Part shown: piece by piece, positions 37,337 through 45,926 of the stretch | Numbering within the stretch: the first letter of the stretch is position 1 | How the letters are laid out: each line of letters begins with the position of its first letter | IMG/VR virus record: IMGVR_UViG_3300025853_000041 | Coordinates: 41,182 to 105,181 of that record | Strand: one strand, 5' to 3' | Length of the DNA: 64,000 nt | Origin: a virus | Program-made: the position numbers and the translations under genes | Notes under the pieces: model-generated | Database searches by the model: none | What the model saw: only the letters and a program-made list of their open reading frames with translations | Told to the model about the DNA's origin: nothing

Positions 37337-38953
37337 CTAATTTGTATAATTTGCTACTGTCACATCATCTTTGTTGATAATAGCATAGTTACTTGAAAGT
37401 AATGTACAAACAATAGAAACTGAACTTTCTAAAGCAATTCTCACTACTTTATAAGGGTCTATAATTCCTGCTTCCATCATTGAGTCAACAAACTCTCTAT
37501 TTTTAACATCATATCCTGTTCCTTCAGGTCTTGACTCTATACCTAATTCAATTACTTCAGGTATTAATCCTGCATTTACAATAATTTGTCTAAAAGGTGC
37601 TTTAACTACATTTAAGAGAGTGTTGTATCCAGCTATTAAGTCTTCACTTATTGCTGGCTTAAACTTTTTACCTCTTAAATGATTACTAGCTGCAAGCAAT
37701 TCAGTACCACCTCCATTGATAATTCCTTCTTGAAGAGCTGCTTTAACTGCATATTTACAATCTTCAGCTCTATCAAATAATTCCTTACCTTCTTCTTTAG
37801 ACATAGCTCCAATTTTAAGAACAGCTACACCACTAGTGAGTTTTCCTAATCTTTCATTCAAGATATCAACCTCATACTTATTACCTTTAAAGTGCTCAAG
37901 CTGAGATTTAATAAATGCTTCTCTTTCAGCAATAGCTTCTTCTGTTCCAAAACCACCAATAAATGCAGTATCTTTTGCAGTAATTTCAGCTCTTTCCATT
38001 TCTCCTAACCAACTTGGGTCAAAATCTTCAGGTTGAGTATCTTTACTTACCACTTTAGCTCCAAATAGAGCAGCCATGTCATGAAGTCTTTCAACTCTCT
38101 TATTACCATAGCCAGGAGACTGAACAATTGCAGAAACTACATTACCTTGAATGTGGTTTACTACTAAACCTCTCAGTGCACTGTCTTTTACGTCTTCAGC
38201 AACAATAATCAATGGTCTGTTTTTCTGCCCAGCAGCTTCAACAGCAGCAAATACTTGTTTAAATTGAGATACCACTCCATCAAAAAGTAAAATAAGAGGA
38301 GTGTCAAACTCTGTTTTCATCCTGGTTTTGTCTGTAACTGAATAAGGAGAAATATATCCCCTATCAAATTGCATACCTTGAATAATATTTTGAGTTGTCT
38401 GCATTCCACTACCTTCAGTAATAGATATTACTCCATTAACACCCAATTCATTATAAATATTTGTAATTGTTTCAGCTAAAACTTCATCTCCATTAGAAGA
38501 AATTAATGCAACAGATTTTAGTTCTTCAGTATTTAATTCCACGTCTTTAGACCTTTCATTAACATACTTTAAAACATCTACCATTGCAATTTTTATCCCT
38601 CTAATAAATTCTGCAGGAGCTACTCCTAGAGCTAATTGTCTTTTCCCTGCATTATACAGAGCTTGAGCAAATACAGTTGCAGTAGTAGTCCCATCACCAG
38701 CTAAATTATTAGCTTTTAAGGCTACATTTTTAACTAATTCTGCACCAATACTTTCAATAGTATTAGGGTCAAAAACAATCTCTTCTGCAACACTTACTCC
38801 ATCTTTGGTTACAATTATTTCACCAAATACATTCTTTATTGCAACAGTGTTACCCATAGGACCTAATGTATCTTTAACTGCATTAGCTAAGTCATTTATC
38901 CCTCTACTGATTCCTTCTCTGAAATCATCTTCTTTTACTATTTTTTCTGTCAT
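37337..38953 (-). CDS. groEL: Chaperonin GroEL (Cpn60)
   Basis: TLGPMG, TKDGVSVA, AGDGTTT, GMQFDRGY and GIIDP motifs. Confidence 0.95.
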   Translation of the reverse strand: MTEKIVKEDDFREGISRGINDLANAVKDTLGPMGNTVAIKNVFGEIIVTKDGVSVAEEIVFDPNTIESIGAELVKNVALKANNLAGDGTTTATVFAQALYNAGKRQLALGVAPAEFIRGIKIAMVDVLKYVNERSKDVELNTEELKSVALISSNGDEVLAETITNIYNELGVNGVISITEGSGMQTTQNIIQGMQFDRGYISPYSVTDKTRMKTEFDTPLILLFDGVVSQFKQVFAAVEAAGQKNRPLIIVAEDVKDSALRGLVVNHIQGNVVSAIVQSPGYGNKRVERLHDMAALFGAKVVSKDTQPEDFDPSWLGEMERAEITAKDTAFIGGFGTEEAIAEREAFIKSQLEHFKGNKYEVDILNERLGKLTSGVAVLKIGAMSKEEGKELFDRAEDCKYAVKAALQEGIINGGGTELLAASNHLRGKKFKPAISEDLIAGYNTLLNVVKAPFRQIIVNAGLIPEVIELGIESRPEGTGYDVKNREFVDSMMEAGIIDPYKVVRIALESSVSIVCTLLSSNYAIINKDDVTVANYTN

Positions 38954-39213
38954 AATATTAATAATATACTTTCATAGTTCATCACTATGTATTTTTTACC
39001 TTTAATACTCATCTCTTCACCATCAAAAAACTTCTTATATTTAATGGTGGGCTTATTTTCTAGTAGAACTCTTGCTTTTTCAGGTACAGCTTCTCCACAT
39101 TGGATAACTGTACCCTCTAAAGTGTTTTCTTTATCTTCCTCAGGAACATATACTCCTGATTTTGAGGTTTCATCAGATAATTCTACTAATACATTTTTAT
39201 GTATTACATTCAT
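38950..39213 (-). CDS. groES: Co-chaperonin GroES (Cpn10)
   Basis: NVLVE...TSKSGVYVP...EGTVIQCG...YIVMNYESIL; overlaps the groEL start. Confidence 0.85.
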   Translation of the reverse strand: MNVIHKNVLVELSDETSKSGVYVPEEDKENTLEGTVIQCGEAVPEKARVLLENKPTIKYKKFFDGEEMSIKGKKYIVMNYESILLIL

Positions 39214-39388
39214 CTTTTACTATTTTAATTTCTTCTAAAAAAACTTGATTTCTTGAATAGGCTAACTTTAATCCATCTCTTACTCCTTCAGCATATTCTT
39301 TTGTTTTTCCCAATATTCTATGGGTGAAAACAGGCACATGGTCAAAATACCCTTGAGCCTCTACTGTAATTAGAAAATCTTTATTCAT
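39197..39388 (-). CDS. Hypothetical protein (MNKDFL...)
   Basis: More likely start at 39388, overlapping the upstream stop, than the 39544 start in the ORF track. Confidence 0.5.
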   Translation of the reverse strand: MNKDFLITVEAQGYFDHVPVFTHRILGKTKEYAEGVRDGLKLAYSRNQVFLEEIKIVKDECNT

Positions 39389-39620
39389 CTGATTTTTCTC
39401 TACCTTTTTCAAATCCCATATTATACCCATCTGAATAGGTATTCTCTCCTGCTCTTGAATTTGGACAGACAGGTACATTTGGTGTTTCACAGTTATAATC
39501 TTTATAACAGTAACCATTAATGTACCCATCTTTCCAACCATCACAAAAGGTCTTACCTTCTATGATATACGCCATGAGCAGCATACTTAAAAGTGTTATA
39601 ATCATAATTCCTATTTTCAT
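39381..39620 (-). CDS. Small exported/membrane-anchored Cys-containing protein
   Basis: N-terminal hydrophobic helix, four Cys, GWxxGY/GYxxGF repeats. Confidence 0.55.
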   Translation of the reverse strand: MKIGIMIITLLSMLLMAYIIEGKTFCDGWKDGYINGYCYKDYNCETPNVPVCPNSRAGENTYSDGYNMGFEKGREKSDE

Positions 39621-39811
39621 AGTTCAATATTTTGGCTTGCTTTCATAGTGACTTCAAAAGTTGTTACATCATTGAAGTTTACAGTCTTTGCTTGTGACCC
39701 AACCTCAAGAGATATGCTCAAATTATGTTTATTCACTAATTCATCAATGTTATGAGAAAGCTTTAATAAAAGCTCTCTAGTTTCTTGTAAAAATTCTTTT
39801 GTGTTTTCCAT
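39617..39811 (-). CDS. Hypothetical protein
   Basis: Coupled 64-aa ORF. Confidence 0.5.
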   Translation of the reverse strand: MENTKEFLQETRELLLKLSHNIDELVNKHNLSISLEVGSQAKTVNFNDVTTFEVTMKASQNIEL

Positions 39812-39813
39812 AT

Positions 39814-41292
39814 TTATAGGTTTAAATAATATAATTCTTTTTTTGCTCTACTGCGAGCTACATACTTAAGATTCTGCTCTTGTACCATTTGTTCAGGTGA
39901 AGTTGCAAATTTAGATGGAATTAAATTTTCATTTAAAATATAAACAATATCAGCCTCCAATCCTTTAGCCTTATGAATAGTACAAAGCATTACTGCCTTG
40001 TCTTTCACTTTAAAAAGATTTTTCACTTTGTCTAATAAAACCTTAATGATTTCATAATCTGTACTCATATGAGATACCAATGCTTTGAAATTGGTGTAGT
40101 TCTCCTTAAAGATATACATTTTCATTCTACCATTATCAGATTTATCTTTTTGAAGGTCTTCTAAAACATATTGTAATTCCCTTTTAGTTCCTGAAACAGT
40201 ATAATTTAAGTAGGGTTTTAAGAATCTTGTAATTGAAGTTAGAATATCATCACCTTTTATATAAACAGGCATACCAGAGCCAAGAAGCTCAAAGTAGAGC
40301 TTAATTATAGGGCTTGTATTTCTGCATATTATCATAGATTCTGGCTTTATTTCATTTACATTTTCTACTTTACTTACTATTCCTTTTTCTTCTGTCCCAT
40401 ACTCCATTACATCATATACCTCATTTGTTTCATCGATTATGTTTTGAGCACATCTGTAACAAATATCAAGAGGTAATTCTTCTACATCACCCATACTCTT
40501 AAACTTATCAAAAGACGACGAATAAGCTCCACTGAACCCATAAATTGATTGGTTTCTGTCTCCCACAGCTATCCATTTAATGATAGTGCCTTGGGCAATC
40601 AAATTCTCAACGAGTTTATGTTGTGCTAAATTCAAGTCCTGAGCTTCATCTACCATTAAATAATATGGTTCAATTGGTATATGAAGATTGTCTCTTGCTG
40701 CTAAGTAAATCATGTCATTGAAGTCAATAACAACAGTTTTCCCTGTATAACTTTCTTCCCTTAATTTTACGAAGTCAGCCCACAAAGATACAATTTTTTC
40801 GTGATTGACAAAATTTTTATCCATACTTTCCATATGTTTTTTAATTTCGTCAATATCATCGTTTAAAAATAGCCTGGATATGTCGTTCATATCCATAAGA
40901 GTATAACTTAATTTAAGCTTATCTTCCCATCTCATTTTTCTGAAGATACTCTTATGTTTATTCTGTAAAAGTTTCAGAAGTTCAAAATTTTTTCCATTTT
41001 TTATTACTACTTTACTCTTCTTTTTGTAATGATTTCTAATTGCTGAAAGACCTAAAGAATGCATTGTAAGCGATTTTCCTTGATTTAGTTTGTTTTCATC
41101 AATCTTGCTTTGAATTTCTTCCTGCACAGATTTATTAAAAGCTAAAAATAAGGTTCTATACTTACAATACTTTAGCAGCTCAAGTAAGGTTGTGGTCTTA
41201 CCTGAGCCTGCTACTGCATTAATTAAAATGTTCTTATCAGTGTTATTCCAAACATCAAAAATCTTCTGCTGTTTACCACTTGGTTTAAACAT
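39814..41292 (-). CDS. UvrD/Rep-like SF1A helicase
   Basis: AVAGSGKT, VDEAQD, VGDRNQSIYGF, TIHKAKGLE and YVARSRAK motifs. Confidence 0.9.
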   Translation of the reverse strand: MFKPSGKQQKIFDVWNNTDKNILINAVAGSGKTTTLLELLKYCKYRTLFLAFNKSVQEEIQSKIDENKLNQGKSLTMHSLGLSAIRNHYKKKSKVVIKNGKNFELLKLLQNKHKSIFRKMRWEDKLKLSYTLMDMNDISRLFLNDDIDEIKKHMESMDKNFVNHEKIVSLWADFVKLREESYTGKTVVIDFNDMIYLAARDNLHIPIEPYYLMVDEAQDLNLAQHKLVENLIAQGTIIKWIAVGDRNQSIYGFSGAYSSSFDKFKSMGDVEELPLDICYRCAQNIIDETNEVYDVMEYGTEEKGIVSKVENVNEIKPESMIICRNTSPIIKLYFELLGSGMPVYIKGDDILTSITRFLKPYLNYTVSGTKRELQYVLEDLQKDKSDNGRMKMYIFKENYTNFKALVSHMSTDYEIIKVLLDKVKNLFKVKDKAVMLCTIHKAKGLEADIVYILNENLIPSKFATSPEQMVQEQNLKYVARSRAKKELYYLNL

Positions 41293-41433
41293 TGTTTTTT
41301 GTTTTTATTTGTTTTCTTTTATATCTATTAGTTTTCTCATTTTTTTGAGGATAGTATTTTAGGTTGTTTAAATCTTCATCTAAATCTAATATACTTTGTG
41401 CACAACAAGTTATCATATATTTTTTCTTTTATA

Positions 41434-41964
41434 TTAATAAGACATAGCACCAAAGATTTCCCAAGCACCATTTCGTTCATTATTTGCTTTCTTATAATCT
41501 ATCTTAGCCACCATTGTTTTCTGACCTTCAAGGACTTTAGCTATATGAACAGTCAAGTAATCATCAGGAAATTTCTCTACCCATGCTCTTGCTTTCTTAA
41601 TAGCAGCTCCCTGTGTTGGTTCATCTACAACCATCTCTGCATAGTTATTTCTATAACTAGTTGCTCTATATCTGGTGACCCATTTTCTGGTGCCTGTGGC
41701 AGGATAGTTTGTTACAACAGTCTTTATTTTATTAGTATTTGTTGTGGGCTTTCTGATGCATTTTGCTATTGCAGGTTCGTGCTTGTTCATATCATCACAC
41801 CTATCAAACTCTTTTGCTGATACTTCTCTTACTTCTGAGCAATTATTCCATTGCCCATTATATATGTCTTCACCATACTCTTCTCTACATTCATCTTGTA
41901 GTTTTTTAAAAGCTTCCTGTAATGTTCTTCCAGTGATTGTTGCTCTTTTTGTTATTGTTCCCAT
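41434..41964 (-). CDS. Hypothetical protein
   Basis: 176-aa ORF in operon orientation. Confidence 0.6.
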   Translation of the reverse strand: MGTITKRATITGRTLQEAFKKLQDECREEYGEDIYNGQWNNCSEVREVSAKEFDRCDDMNKHEPAIAKCIRKPTTNTNKIKTVVTNYPATGTRKWVTRYRATSYRNNYAEMVVDEPTQGAAIKKARAWVEKFPDDYLTVHIAKVLEGQKTMVAKIDYKKANNERNGAWEIFGAMSY

Positions 41965-41982
41965 TTCAAAATTTTTTAAATA

Positions 41983-42159
41983 TTAATCTTCTTCTTCTTT
42001 TTCGAGCCACAACTCTACTTTAACAGGAGTACCATTCTCATCTACTGGTATCCATGTGTTCCATAAGCCACCTCTTTCATTATGGAAAGAGGTAGCCATA
42101 TCTTCTAAATCTTCTTCTGAGAAATAGATTTTTACTGTTTTTATGTTATCTTTTGGCAT
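41983..42159 (-). CDS. Small acidic hypothetical protein (58 aa, not in ORF track)
   Basis: MPKDNIKTVKIYFSEEDLEDM...WLEKEEED* exactly fills the gap. Confidence 0.55.
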   Translation of the reverse strand: MPKDNIKTVKIYFSEEDLEDMATSFHNERGGLWNTWIPVDENGTPVKVELWLEKEEED

Positions 42160-42161
42160 AT

Positions 42162-42968
42162 TTAAACTATTAATGGCAGGATATTTATAACTTCATCCAA
42201 AAGTTTATCAAGCCCAAATTCACAATTGATTACTACATCAAACTCAGCATCATCTAAAGCTGTTTCAGATGGGTGGTCTCCAGTGTCTTCCTTTCCAATT
42301 AGGTTTACTCTAATTGTCAAACCACCTTTTTCCTTTACAGCAGCTAACTCATTTGGAAATCTCATATCTGTAATAAGCCAATTAGGATATTCTTTTCGTT
42401 GTTGTATATCAGGAGCAAAGCCAACAGGGTATTTAGCTTTATTTTCTTCTGATATAGGTTCTATAATTATCTCAGGATGATAATCAGCAAATAAAGCATA
42501 AACCCAAACATTAGGGTGAATTATCTGTCTTCCACATTCAGTACCAAGTAATTGTAATAATAATCTTGGAGTCAATCTTCTTTCCTGCAATCCAATACCT
42601 CTTAATCTATTATCCTCTTCATAATCAAGAGCATCATTTTCTGTAAGAAATATTTTATTATGAGTATGCCAAACATCTTCATATTCAGTTTCATAGAGAA
42701 GGTCATATACTGTCCATTCTGGTCCTAACTCTTTATTCTTGAAGTCTCTATCTTCAAAATCTTCTTCTTCACATCCAAGTAATATTGCAGCAATTTGCTT
42801 TAATTTACCACCAAATTTTTTGATTCGAAAACTTCCAGTATCTATATAGTTAGAAAATCTATCAACACTAGGTACTCTTTTTTCCCACAGTAAATATTGA
42901 ATCATTAAAGCTACTGTATCTTTTCCTGAGCCCATTTTACCTGATAGTCCTATTAAATTGTGTTTCAT
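42162..42968 (-). CDS. Deoxynucleoside monophosphate kinase (T4 gp1-like)
   Basis: GKMGSGKDT, RLLLQLLGTECGR, ITDMRFPNE and HPSE motifs. Confidence 0.85.
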   Translation of the reverse strand: MKHNLIGLSGKMGSGKDTVALMIQYLLWEKRVPSVDRFSNYIDTGSFRIKKFGGKLKQIAAILLGCEEEDFEDRDFKNKELGPEWTVYDLLYETEYEDVWHTHNKIFLTENDALDYEEDNRLRGIGLQERRLTPRLLLQLLGTECGRQIIHPNVWVYALFADYHPEIIIEPISEENKAKYPVGFAPDIQQRKEYPNWLITDMRFPNELAAVKEKGGLTIRVNLIGKEDTGDHPSETALDDAEFDVVINCEFGLDKLLDEVINILPLIV

Positions 42969-44092
42969 AATATCCCTTTTAAATAATCTATTCGTATTGG
43001 TTCTACTGAATCTTCTATTTGAATATCAGTATGAAAACCTTGTTTTTGATAATGTACATATTCCGTTATGAGTTGTTTCCACCCTTTTTGTGCAGGATAG
43101 AATAGAGTCCTATCAGAATCAGAAGCTTTGAAGGTCCCAGCAGGACTGCCATTAGCTCCATGATAAAGAGAACTGTGTGTTAATTCAAACACTAATGGAG
43201 TTCCAATATTTGTAGTTGATTCTACAATAAATTGAAATGGTTGTAATATCTCATCTCTATTAGTAACTGGTATGTCAAAATACTCACATAGAGCATAAGA
43301 ATACCAAGAAGCTTGGATGTCATATCTATGCATTCTAATTTTACTAATGAATTGAAGAGTATTTCCATTCATAGTTTTAAGGTCAATAGGTTGTATTTTA
43401 ACAATGTTTCCACTACTGTCTTTAAATACAATTACTAAATCCATTAAAGCCTTACACTCTATACCTCTATAAGTAAAGTACATAGGAAGTTGGTAATAGA
43501 AATCGATATTTTCAATTTCTGCTTGTTCTTCTCTATTAAAATATTTTGCTGTTCTGAAATTTGTTTTAAGAGATGTTACAATATTTTGAATATTGTCATA
43601 CATATCTGCAGAAATAATCTCTTTTCCAAAAGCTCTTTTCTTATCCTCAAAATAAGCTACTCCTGCTTCAATAAGTTTTGCTACTCTGGTTTCAGCTTTC
43701 CACCTCATTTGCCATTCCATTGCATTTGCTGCTTCAAGAATCCATTCTTCACAATCTTCAAAATTAAGATTCAAACTGCCTTCAGCTTCTGCTAAAACAA
43801 AGACATAATCTACTATTTTCATTTCAACCTCAGTAGGTTTTTTATCTAATTGAGAAACATAGTATTTATCTTCAAATACTCCTTCTTCTCCTGTTAGAAT
43901 ACAGTCAACTGCTCCACCTATTAAAAAATAATCAGGTGTTGGACCATTCTCTTCTTCTTGTTTATTTCTTTTTGCTATCGATATCATCAAACTGTCCAAA
44001 CCACCTTGTAGTTCTTTCAGTGTTGATTGATTAATAGCAGGAGATGCAAAATATTTGTCAATCTCTACTTGTGGTGTTATTATTAATCCCAT
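42965..44092 (-). CDS. RecE/exonuclease VIII-like PD-(D/E)XK nuclease
   Basis: YFASPAINQSTLK, GGAVD, KALMD, DLKT and YDIQASWY motifs. Confidence 0.75.
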   Translation of the reverse strand: MGLIITPQVEIDKYFASPAINQSTLKELQGGLDSLMISIAKRNKQEEENGPTPDYFLIGGAVDCILTGEEGVFEDKYYVSQLDKKPTEVEMKIVDYVFVLAEAEGSLNLNFEDCEEWILEAANAMEWQMRWKAETRVAKLIEAGVAYFEDKKRAFGKEIISADMYDNIQNIVTSLKTNFRTAKYFNREEQAEIENIDFYYQLPMYFTYRGIECKALMDLVIVFKDSSGNIVKIQPIDLKTMNGNTLQFISKIRMHRYDIQASWYSYALCEYFDIPVTNRDEILQPFQFIVESTTNIGTPLVFELTHSSLYHGANGSPAGTFKASDSDRTLFYPAQKGWKQLITEYVHYQKQGFHTDIQIEDSVEPIRIDYLKGIL

Positions 44093-44207
44093 CTTTCTTT
44101 TTGTTTTTTGTTAATTTTTCATCTCTAATATAGACTTCACACTCATCATTTGAGCAATATTTCTGTATTGTGGGCTCTCCACAAAGATGACATCTTCTTA
44201 CTCCCAT
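44058..44207 (-). CDS. Small zinc-ribbon protein (49 aa, not in ORF track)
   Basis: MGVRRCHLCGEPTIQKYCSNDEC...; overlaps both neighbours. Confidence 0.5.
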   Translation of the reverse strand: MGVRRCHLCGEPTIQKYCSNDECEVYIRDEKLTKNKKKDGINNNTTSRD

Positions 44208-44761
44208 GTTCTTGCTTTTACTAATTCTTTAAATTTTTCAAAACTCATTGCTATGAGAGAAGCTCCCTCATTACTTCGGAACATCATCATATTTTCAGGA
44301 CTCTCTTCTAAAATTTCTTTAAATGACCATCCTCTTTTTTGTCCTTCTTTAGTGGGTAAACCTATTACATCCTTCATTCCACCAGGGAATAGTTTTCTAA
44401 AATCTTTAGTCCACATAAAAACTAGCTCATCATACTCATCTTTTTTCCTCCCTCTTCCAGTGTCTTTTTTATGTATGAGTATATCTGGCTGTTTGTGGAT
44501 AGCATCATAAGGAGGAAATAACTCTGGTAACCTCTCTCTAATAATTGCTAAAGTTTTAAACTCATTTAAACCTTTTGCGTAACCTGCTTTGATTTGTACA
44601 TTAAAAGGTAAAAAGTTGAGGTCAATCCCAGCATCATCTAACATCCTATTTGATTGTCTGGAGGTCTTACAGAAGGTAAAACCAAGGTCTTCTCTGAAAA
44701 CCTTGGCATAATACCTCTCTGCATTTGAACCTTTTCTCTTATTGGCTGCTCCCTTGCCCAT
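44198..44761 (-). CDS. Holliday junction resolvase-like PD-(D/E)XK nuclease
   Basis: NKRKGSNAER...DDAGID...NVQIK motifs. Confidence 0.7.
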   Translation of the reverse strand: MGKGAANKRKGSNAERYYAKVFREDLGFTFCKTSRQSNRMLDDAGIDLNFLPFNVQIKAGYAKGLNEFKTLAIIRERLPELFPPYDAIHKQPDILIHKKDTGRGRKKDEYDELVFMWTKDFRKLFPGGMKDVIGLPTKEGQKRGWSFKEILEESPENMMMFRSNEGASLIAMSFEKFKELVKARTWE

Positions 44762-45926
44762 ATTGTTTCTTTAAGGCTAAGCAGGCTTTAATATCATCCA
44801 TTCTGTCTAAAATTCTACTACGACTTAGTTCAGGAATGGCTGGTAAATTAAGTTTGTAAGCAGCAGATTCTTCTGATGCTACTTCGCCAACATAAGAAAT
44901 CATGTCAATGAAGTTATCTTCAAATCCACTATCTATGTCCTCATCAATGATTTTTCCACCTTCATCAAAAGCTACAACAGAGACAGGATAATAAGCACAA
45001 ACTCTCATTTTTCCATAACTATCTCTTGGTGGAACAGCTACAACATCACTTGGATTCACAAGAACTCTAAGTCCAGTGTCTCCAAAATAGTTACTTTGTA
45101 ACCAACCTTTACCTGCAACATGTAATCCACGACTACAAGTTACATCAGAGTCAGAATTACATCTTTCTCTTGGCATTGTAACAGGTTCTCCAATTCTGAT
45201 TCTGAATTTACCAGTGTAACCATCAGTATAAACAGGTGCTGTTCCTACTTCAGATAACCTATTATACAAATTGTATAAAATACCTTTTGTTTCTATCAAA
45301 TTCTTTTCTGAAGTAGAACAAGCCATCTCACCATTATTGTCAATACCTATATAAAAGTTTTTAGGGCTCTTTTTTAGTTTATGGCGTACTCTTGTGAATT
45401 GTTCACTGATAAATCTTACCCAAGAAGAGTCTAAATCTGTCCCTTCTTGATGAAGAACAACATTTCTGTATGCTACAAATAAGCCTGAGCTTGAAATTGA
45501 CATACCATACCTGTTTAAAAACCAGAATAAATTCTGTCGTGCTTCTCTATTTGTGTTTAATGAACACAAAGTCCAGAAGTTCAAATAAGAAGATAATAGT
45601 TCAATTTCATCATTCTGTTCAGCATTCCAAATAGCCTTAGCTAAATCTTGAGGTACACTTAATTCAGAAATAGATGAGATATAAAAACTCTCATTTCTTA
45701 CGCTAATATATTCAGATTTGTTGAAACTGTTCAACATTTCTTGTAATTCTTCTCCTTCTTTTATTAAGATTGAGTACTGAGGTGCAAGAATATTTCTTAC
45801 AGATTCAGGGTGATACTGATTTGAGACTACTAAGTCATAAAGCTCATCAGTACATTCATTGTTTGATAAAATTGTTCCATCTTCAAGAACAACTGTCAAA
45901 TTCGATTTAATTCGTGTTATTTTCAT
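44739..45926 (-). CDS. rIIB: rIIB-like protein
   Basis: FVAYR, CSRGLHV and VNPSDVVAVP.D..KMRVC.Y motifs; downstream of rIIA. Confidence 0.8.
   Translation of the reverse strand: MKITRIKSNLTVVLEDGTILSNNECTDELYDLVVSNQYHPESVRNILAPQYSILIKEGEELQEMLNSFNKSEYISVRNESFYISSISELSVPQDLAKAIWNAEQNDEIELLSSYLNFWTLCSLNTNREARQNLFWFLNRYGMSISSSGLFVAYRNVVLHQEGTDLDSSWVRFISEQFTRVRHKLKKSPKNFYIGIDNNGEMACSTSEKNLIETKGILYNLYNRLSEVGTAPVYTDGYTGKFRIRIGEPVTMPRERCNSDSDVTCSRGLHVAGKGWLQSNYFGDTGLRVLVNPSDVVAVPPRDSYGKMRVCAYYPVSVVAFDEGGKIIDEDIDSGFEDNFIDMISYVGEVASEESAAYKLNLPAIPELSRSRILDRMDDIKACLALKKQYGQGSSQ

Noticed and set aside
39389-39544. N-terminal extension of the 115-aa ORF
   Set aside because: It overlaps the better-supported 39381-39620 gene in another frame; the coupled start at 39388 is more plausible.
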